Below, in pieces: positions 58,512 to 64,000 of a stretch of 64,000 nucleotides of DNA. The stretch comes from Ignavibacteriota bacterium (GTDB lineage Bacteria; Bacteroidota; Ignavibacteria; UBA10030), in assembly GCA_963727825.1 (NCBI GenBank), contig CAVSHO010000007.1:192001-256000 (forward strand), given 5' to 3'. The translations under genes and the position numbers were made by a program. Below the pieces are notes generated by a model. That model made no database searches, was not told the origin of the DNA, and saw nothing but the letters and a program-made list of their open reading frames with translations. Position 1 is the stretch's first letter. The number at the start of each line of letters is the position of its first letter.

Positions 58512-58555
58512 AAACGCCCTCACGGTATTTTTATTACCGGAGGGCGTTTGTTTTT
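58512..58555 (+). terminator. Rho-independent terminator
   Basis: AAACGCCCTC..CGGTA..TACCG..GAGGGCGTTT followed by a T-run. Confidence 0.8.
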
Positions 58556-58587
58556 CTCTATATTATTACCAAAGGAGTTGATAAAAG

Positions 58588-59586
58588 TTGACTGAAAAAA
58601 AAATACCACTTGCAGGTGTAGATGTTGTACAATTATTAGGTTTCAATGATGCAAATCTTCAAATGCTTGAAGAACGGTTCGATGCGAACTTGACAGTTCG
58701 CGGCGATCAGTTGACGATTCAAGGATCGCAATTTGAAATTGGGAAGATAGAAAAGGTTGTCAGCGAACTCATTTACATGCTGAATAAAAACGGCACTCTC
58801 AATCCCAACGACATAGATACAGTCATTGATCTTGTTTCGGTCAATGGTTTCACTCCAGATATTCCTTCAGAAACAAAGTTAGAGGATAATGATACTGCAA
58901 TATTGTACACGAAGACCGGCATCATCAAGCCAAGAACCCAAGGCCAAAAACAATACATTCAACAGATCAGGAAAAACGACATTGTCTTTGCGATTGGACC
59001 TGCAGGCACAGGTAAAACTTATTTAGCAGTTGCAATGGCAGTTGCTGCATTGAAAAACCGAGATGTGACGCGTATTATTCTAGCACGACCGGCAGTGGAA
59101 GCGGGAGAAAGCTTAGGATTTTTGCCGGGTGATTTCCGCGAAAAGATTGATCCATACCTGCGTCCGTTATATGATGCGCTGGATGATATGCTTTCCGCAG
59201 AGAAGCTGCGCGGGTACATCGAAAAACGAATTATTGAAATTGTACCGCTGGCATATATGCGCGGAAGAACGCTTCACAACGCGTTTGTGATTTTGGATGA
59301 AGCACAGAATGCTACAGCAATGCAAATGAAAATGTTTCTAACACGCCTTGGTACAAATTCCCGCGCCATCATCACAGGTGATGTTACACAAATCGATTTG
59401 CCTACAAAGACAACATCGGGACTTGTTCAAATACAGGAAATTCTTAAAAAGATTCAGGGTGTTACGTTCTGCTATTTTGACAAATCCGATGTAGTGCGGC
59501 ATCGTCTTGTGAAGGATATCATAGATGCATACGAACGTTACCATACAAATGGAACAGGAGATGGAAAAACAAACGGCGGGAATTAA
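58588..59586 (+). CDS. phoH: PhoH-family ATPase (YbeZ-like)
   Basis: GPAGTGKT, RPAVEAGE.LGFLPG, YMRGRT, DEAQN, DVVRH. Confidence 0.95.
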   Translation: MTEKKIPLAGVDVVQLLGFNDANLQMLEERFDANLTVRGDQLTIQGSQFEIGKIEKVVSELIYMLNKNGTLNPNDIDTVIDLVSVNGFTPDIPSETKLEDNDTAILYTKTGIIKPRTQGQKQYIQQIRKNDIVFAIGPAGTGKTYLAVAMAVAALKNRDVTRIILARPAVEAGESLGFLPGDFREKIDPYLRPLYDALDDMLSAEKLRGYIEKRIIEIVPLAYMRGRTLHNAFVILDEAQNATAMQMKMFLTRLGTNSRAIITGDVTQIDLPTKTTSGLVQIQEILKKIQGVTFCYFDKSDVVRHRLVKDIIDAYERYHTNGTGDGKTNGGN

Positions 59587-59589
59587 TTT

Positions 59590-60363
59590 TCATGACCCTT
59601 TCATTTTTTTCTTTGCATCCCAGATTTCATCCATTTCTTTCATAGAAACAGCTCCGATCTGCTTTCCACGCAGTTGAAGTTCTTTTTCAATGTGGTGGAA
59701 TCGTTTGCTGAACTTATTAATCGATTCTTTCAACGCAAACTCGGGATTGACAACGATAAATCTGGAATAATTGACTAACGAAAAGAGCAAATCACCGAAT
59801 TCTTCTTCGATATGAGCTTGGTTTTTGGATCGTTCTGCGCTGGCGAGTTCTTTAATTTCCTCATCAACTTTTTTCCAGACATCGCGTTTCTTCTTCCAAT
59901 CAAATCCGACTTTAGATGCTTTCTCTTGAATGCGCAGTGCGCGAAGTAATGCCGGCATTTCCTTTGGCACTCCATCAATCACCGATTTTCTTCCTTCGGT
60001 CATCTTGATGTGCTCCCAATTCTTTTTTACTTCGTGCGAATCTTCTGCTACAATATTGCCGAATACATGCGGATGCCGCCGGATCATTTTCTCGGAAATT
60101 GAATCGATAACGTCTCCAAGCGTGAACGATTTCTCTTCTTCCGCCATTACAGCGTGGAGAACAACATGAAGAAGCAGGTCGCCCAGTTCTTTTTTTAGCT
60201 CGTCTGCATCATTTTGATCAATCGCTTCGATGACTTCATAAGTTTCCTCGATCAAACTATGTCGGATAGATTTATGCGTCTGCTCGCGGTCCCATGGACA
60301 TTCTTTTCTGAGACGTCTGACTATTTTGAGAAATTTTTCAATAGGTTCTGTGTTTTTTCTCAT
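59590..60363 (-). CDS. mazG: Nucleoside triphosphate pyrophosphohydrolase MazG
   Basis: CPWDREQT, EETYE, ELGD, RRHPHVFG, EEFGD. Confidence 0.96.
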   Translation of the reverse strand: MRKNTEPIEKFLKIVRRLRKECPWDREQTHKSIRHSLIEETYEVIEAIDQNDADELKKELGDLLLHVVLHAVMAEEEKSFTLGDVIDSISEKMIRRHPHVFGNIVAEDSHEVKKNWEHIKMTEGRKSVIDGVPKEMPALLRALRIQEKASKVGFDWKKKRDVWKKVDEEIKELASAERSKNQAHIEEEFGDLLFSLVNYSRFIVVNPEFALKESINKFSKRFHHIEKELQLRGKQIGAVSMKEMDEIWDAKKKMKGS

Positions 60364-60457
60364 GAATGCTCCGATTTTAGATTATCATACCGAAAAACAA
60401 TTCGAGAATCAAATGTTTGTTTTTTTAGATGTTATTGCGTAATTTGATATTAACTAT

Positions 60458-60531
60458 GGGGCTGTAGCTCAGTTTGGGAGAGCGCTTCGTTCGCAACGAA
60501 GAGGTCGTCAGTTCGATCCTGATCAGCTCCA
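60458..60531 (+). tRNA. tRNA-Ala(CGC)
   Basis: Complete cloverleaf GGGGCTG..CAGCTCC-A with G3.U70; anticodon loop TT-CGC-AA. CCA not encoded. Confidence 0.95.
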
Positions 60532-60564
60532 CGGAACATTCACCCGTAGAGTGGTGAAACGTGA

Positions 60565-60659
60565 GAAGCTGTAACTCAATGGAAAGAGCGTCCCGCTGCA
60601 AGCGGGAAGGTCGTCAGTTCTTCCGAAGGAATCCCTTTGGGAGATCCTGATCAGCTCCA
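60565..60659 (+). pseudogene. Degenerate tandem copy of tRNA-Ala with a replaced anticodon arm and a 22-nt T-loop insertion
   Basis: GAAGCTGTAACTC..GAGCG-TCCCGCTGCAAGCGGGA-AGGTCGTCAGTTC[TTCCGAAGGAATCCCTTTGGGA]GATCCTGATCAGCTCCA. Confidence 0.85.
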
Positions 60660-60767
60660 CAAGGTAATAATGTGTGATTAGTTAGTAAATGGAATAAAAA
60701 CAATCAGCATTGATCACAAATTAGCCTATTATAAACATTTATTTATTGGAGTTTTATTTACCTATTT

Positions 60768-60869
60768 GGGGTCAAGTCCTGCGCAACATTGCATTGCCCA
60801 ACCCCGCCAGGTCCGGAAGGAAGCAACGGTCGGCAAACAGTTTTGTGTGACGCAGGGAAGCTTGACCTC
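60768..60869 (+). ncRNA. ffs: Small bacterial SRP RNA (4.5S)
   Basis: CCAGGTCCGGAAGGAAGCAACGG domain IV motif, closed by a GGGGTCAAG/CTTGACCTC stem. Confidence 0.93.
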
Positions 60870-61187
60870 TTATTTAATTTTCAATACTTAAAGCCACCAC
60901 CGATGGCTCAACCGCTCGACGAGACCGCTGGCGATTGTAAAACGGTACAAACAATATGGTTTATTATTATATAGCCATTCTTATTCTTACCATCAGTTTA
61001 ACGCTTCAAGAGAAGCGCCGTACTGTTTATGGTAGAGCACTTTGTTTCGACCGATTTGGAGGAAGATTCACGCAAGTGTTTCCCCACCTCGAATGGAATC
61101 CACATTCAGGCGGGACTTTTCCACTTCGTTTTGAAATACAGCAAGCTCATCACCCAATTTTATTGCTGAAGTGGAAGAGGATTCCGC

Positions 61188-62834
61188 ATGAAAAAAGAAA
61201 TTATTATCAATTCGACTGCGAACGAACATCGTATTGCCATTCTTGAAGATGGCAAGACCGCTGAACTGTTTGTAGAAACACCCGGTAAAGCACGCAATGT
61301 TGGCGACATTTATCTTGGCAAGATTGCTAAGGTAATGCCTGGTATCCGCGCTGCATTTGTAGATATCGGTATGAGTCAAGATGCCTTTTTGCATTTTTCT
61401 GATGTCGGTTCTATTGAAGAGTTTAATACACTCTTCGATGAAGATGAAGACGAGAAGGAGGAAGAAGCCGCGGAGGCAGCATCTCAAACTTCTAATGGCG
61501 TAGATCCGACGAGTGAAACGAACGGCGTCCCTAAAAGCGTTGAACATGCAGAGAACAAGGATCATCGTCACGATCAACAACGGCGTCATCATTCTCAACA
61601 AAATTATTCGCAAGTCAATTTACAAAAGGGACAAGAAATATTAGTTCAAATCACAAAAGAGCCGGTAGGCAAAAAAGGTGTGCGTGTTCGTTCAGCAATT
61701 TCCATGCCCGGACGTTTTCTTGTTCTCATTCCTTTTGATGGAAAAGTCGGCGTTTCCAAAAAACTTTCGAACTTCAAAGAAAAACGTAGACTCCGCAGAG
61801 TTGTCCGTGCGATGTTGCCTAAGGGATTCGGCGCAATCATTCGCACAGTTGCAGATGGAAAAACAGACGAAATGCTTAAACAAGATCTTGACGAATTGAT
61901 CAAGACGTGGCAGGGCATAGAAAAATCTGTGAAGACGGAAAAAGCTCCTGCCCTTATTTACAAAGATATGAACACCACGTCCAGTGTTATTCGTGATCTA
62001 TTTCAGGATGCCGTAGAGCATGTCGTTGTAGATGAGAAAAAACTCTACAAAGAAATTCGGGCTTATGTTCAATGGGTTTCGCCCGATATGCTTAATCGCG
62101 TGGAATACTATCGTGAGAAAGAACCGATTTTCGATAAGTACGGCATTGAGAAAGAAATACAAATTCTTCTTAGCAAGAAAGTTTGGTTGAAGAGCGGCGG
62201 CTACTTATTCCTCGAAAAAACAGAAGCTATGACCGTGATTGATGTGAATAGCGGGCGTTATGCGGCGAAAAAAGAACAAGAACTAAATTCGCTTCGCACA
62301 AACCTTGAAGCATCGCGCGAAATCTGCCGACAGCTTCGGCTGCGTGATATAGGCGGTCTCGTTGTTGTGGATTTTATTGACCTGGAAGATGAAAAGAATA
62401 AGAAAAAAATCTACGATGAGATGAAAAAAGAATTGCGCAAGGACCGTGCGAAAGTAACGGTCTTGCCAATGACTGATTTCGGATTGGTACAGATTACGCG
62501 TCAGCGTGTTCGCCAAAGCCTGCAATTGAGTTTTAGCGAAGGGTGTCCGATGTGCGGCGGCACCGGTTTAGTTCAGTCCAAGACGTCGACCATGAACCAA
62601 ATTGAACGTTGGATTAAGCGGTTCAAAACAGAAAAGCGCGAGTACCGATTGGAGCTGAGGGTTAATCCTATAATCGCAGAATATCTTTCTGCAGGCACAA
62701 TCAGCAGGCTGACAAAATTACAATTCAAGTTCTTTGTTAAAATGAAACTCATTCCTGATCCGGCATTACCTGCAGAGGAATTCAAATTCTTCTCGGTAAA
62801 GCAGAAGAAAGAAATCACGGACCAATACAAGTAA
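61188..62834 (+). CDS. Ribonuclease E/G family protein
   Basis: [44 protein letters not shown], CxxC. Confidence 0.96.
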   Translation: MKKEIIINSTANEHRIAILEDGKTAELFVETPGKARNVGDIYLGKIAKVMPGIRAAFVDIGMSQDAFLHFSDVGSIEEFNTLFDEDEDEKEEEAAEAASQTSNGVDPTSETNGVPKSVEHAENKDHRHDQQRRHHSQQNYSQVNLQKGQEILVQITKEPVGKKGVRVRSAISMPGRFLVLIPFDGKVGVSKKLSNFKEKRRLRRVVRAMLPKGFGAIIRTVADGKTDEMLKQDLDELIKTWQGIEKSVKTEKAPALIYKDMNTTSSVIRDLFQDAVEHVVVDEKKLYKEIRAYVQWVSPDMLNRVEYYREKEPIFDKYGIEKEIQILLSKKVWLKSGGYLFLEKTEAMTVIDVNSGRYAAKKEQELNSLRTNLEASREICRQLRLRDIGGLVVVDFIDLEDEKNKKKIYDEMKKELRKDRAKVTVLPMTDFGLVQITRQRVRQSLQLSFSEGCPMCGGTGLVQSKTSTMNQIERWIKRFKTEKREYRLELRVNPIIAEYLSAGTISRLTKLQFKFFVKMKLIPDPALPAEEFKFFSVKQKKEITDQYK

Positions 62835-62850
62835 AGCGAGGTTCAAACAC

Positions 62851-63498
62851 ATGAAATTTTTCATAGATACAGCAAATGTCGATGAGATTCGCGAAGCTGC
62901 AAGTATGGGCTTGCTAGATGGCGTTACCACGAATCCCAGTTTGGTTGCTAAGGAAAAAAAAGATTTCAGAAAACTATTAGAGGAAATTTGCTCGATAGTG
63001 GATGGACCAATCAGCGCGGAAGTAATTTCGCTGGATTACGATGGTATGATGAAAGAAGCTCGTGAACTTGTCAAGATTCACAAAAATATCGTAGTCAAGA
63101 TTCCACTTATTAAAGATGGATTAAAAGCAGTAAAAGCGTTGAGTGGTGAAGGAATTAAAGCGAATGTGACTTTGTGCTTTTCAGCAAACCAAGCATTGCT
63201 GGCGGCGAAAGCAGGTGCATATTTTATTAGCCCATTTATAGGTCGTTTGGATGACATCGGTCAGAACGGCATGGATTTAATCGGCCAGATTGTGACAATC
63301 TATCGCAACTATGGCTACACAACAGAAGTGCTGGTGGCGAGTGTTCGCCATCCAATGCATGTAATTGATGCCGCAATGATCGGTGCGGACATTTGCACTA
63401 TGCCGTTCAAAGTACTTGACCAGCTTATCAAACACCCACTTACAGATATCGGCATAGAAAGATTTCTTGCCGATTGGAAAAAGGCACAGGGAAAGTAA
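62851..63498 (+). CDS. fsa: Transaldolase / fructose-6-phosphate aldolase (short TalC type)
   Basis: [37 protein letters not shown]. Confidence 0.93.
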   Translation: MKFFIDTANVDEIREAASMGLLDGVTTNPSLVAKEKKDFRKLLEEICSIVDGPISAEVISLDYDGMMKEARELVKIHKNIVVKIPLIKDGLKAVKALSGEGIKANVTLCFSANQALLAAKAGAYFISPFIGRLDDIGQNGMDLIGQIVTIYRNYGYTTEVLVASVRHPMHVIDAAMIGADICTMPFKVLDQLIKHPLTDIGIERFLADWKKAQGK

Positions 63499-64000
63499 TG
63501 CCTAAACGAACTCCCTTTTACAATCAGCATACAGCGCTTGGTGCGAAGATGGTGGAATTCGCTGGCTTCGAAATGCCCGTGCAATATTCGAGCATAATTG
63601 AAGAACATCATGCAGTACGCTTGTCAGTGGGCGTTTTTGATGTAACGCACATGGGAGAATTCTATGTGCGCGGTAAAAATGCACTTGCATTCCTCCAAAA
63701 AGTTACAATTAATGATGTAGCAAGGTTGAAACCTGGAAAGGTGCAATATTCTGCAATGTGCTATGAGGATGGCGGAATTATCGATGACCTTCTTATTTAT
63801 CGGATGGAAGATCAGTACATGCTTGTAGTGAATGCGTCAAATTTGCAGAAAGATTTTGATTGGCTTCAATCTCAAAAATTCGGCGATGTAGAGATTGAGA
63901 ATGTTAGCGATGCGACAGCACTGCTTGCGGTGCAAGGTCCTAGATCATTAGTTACGCTTCAAAAATTGACGAAAGAAGATTTATCTAAAATCGAGTACTA
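63498..64000 (+). CDS. gcvT: Glycine cleavage aminomethyltransferase T (partial, runs off the window)
   Basis: [62 protein letters not shown]. Confidence 0.96.
   Translation, partial: MPKRTPFYNQHTALGAKMVEFAGFEMPVQYSSIIEEHHAVRLSVGVFDVTHMGEFYVRGKNALAFLQKVTINDVARLKPGKVQYSAMCYEDGGIIDDLLIYRMEDQYMLVVNASNLQKDFDWLQSQKFGDVEIENVSDATALLAVQGPRSLVTLQKLTKEDLSKIEY

Noticed and set aside
60565-60659. Functional tRNA-Cys(GCA) or intron-containing tRNA
   Set aside because: Mismatched acceptor and D stems, an Ala-derived body, and a T-loop insert that is not a self-splicing intron.
60956-61246. 96-aa ORF upstream of the RNase E/G gene
   Set aside because: No SD, no recognisable family, and it overlaps the rne start out of frame; treated as leader sequence.
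135-63690. Numerous short antisense or overlapping ORFs in the six-frame track (e.g. 36074-36685, 41273-41869, 54465-55025, 61068-61613)
   Set aside because: They shadow well-supported genes and show no recognisable motifs.

Overview
About 40% GC bacterial chromosome segment. Gene content and synteny (rplS-mqnA-recN-cysS; yggS-divIVA-pnp-ileS-dksA-lspA-rluD; ffs-rne-fsa-gcvT; many beta-barrel proteins) suggest an Ignavibacteria/Chlorobi-Bacteroidota-type organism (inference). Most of the window is housekeeping DNA, plus an ECF sigma/anti-sigma/RND locus, tRNA-Ala(CGC), a tRNA pseudogene and the SRP RNA. About a dozen single-base frameshifts, including one in ileS, look like sequencing errors. 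The unusual part is an accessory hotspot at about 45-57 kb. It holds a DUF559 nuclease bracketed by inverted REP-like repeats and followed by a degenerate 21-bp-period array, an interrupted ORF6N gene with its own internal palindrome inside direct repeats, and a type II restriction-modification pair. It also holds two REP-associated HUH transposases (RAYT) that carry 28-bp GTAG..CTAC palindromes inside their coding sequence; one sits in a 714-bp module that duplicates the 3' end of a permease gene. Across the window, small 17-30 nt hairpins are nested in other hairpins, in a tRNA copy and possibly in recN. All calls come from reading the sequence; no database searches were run.
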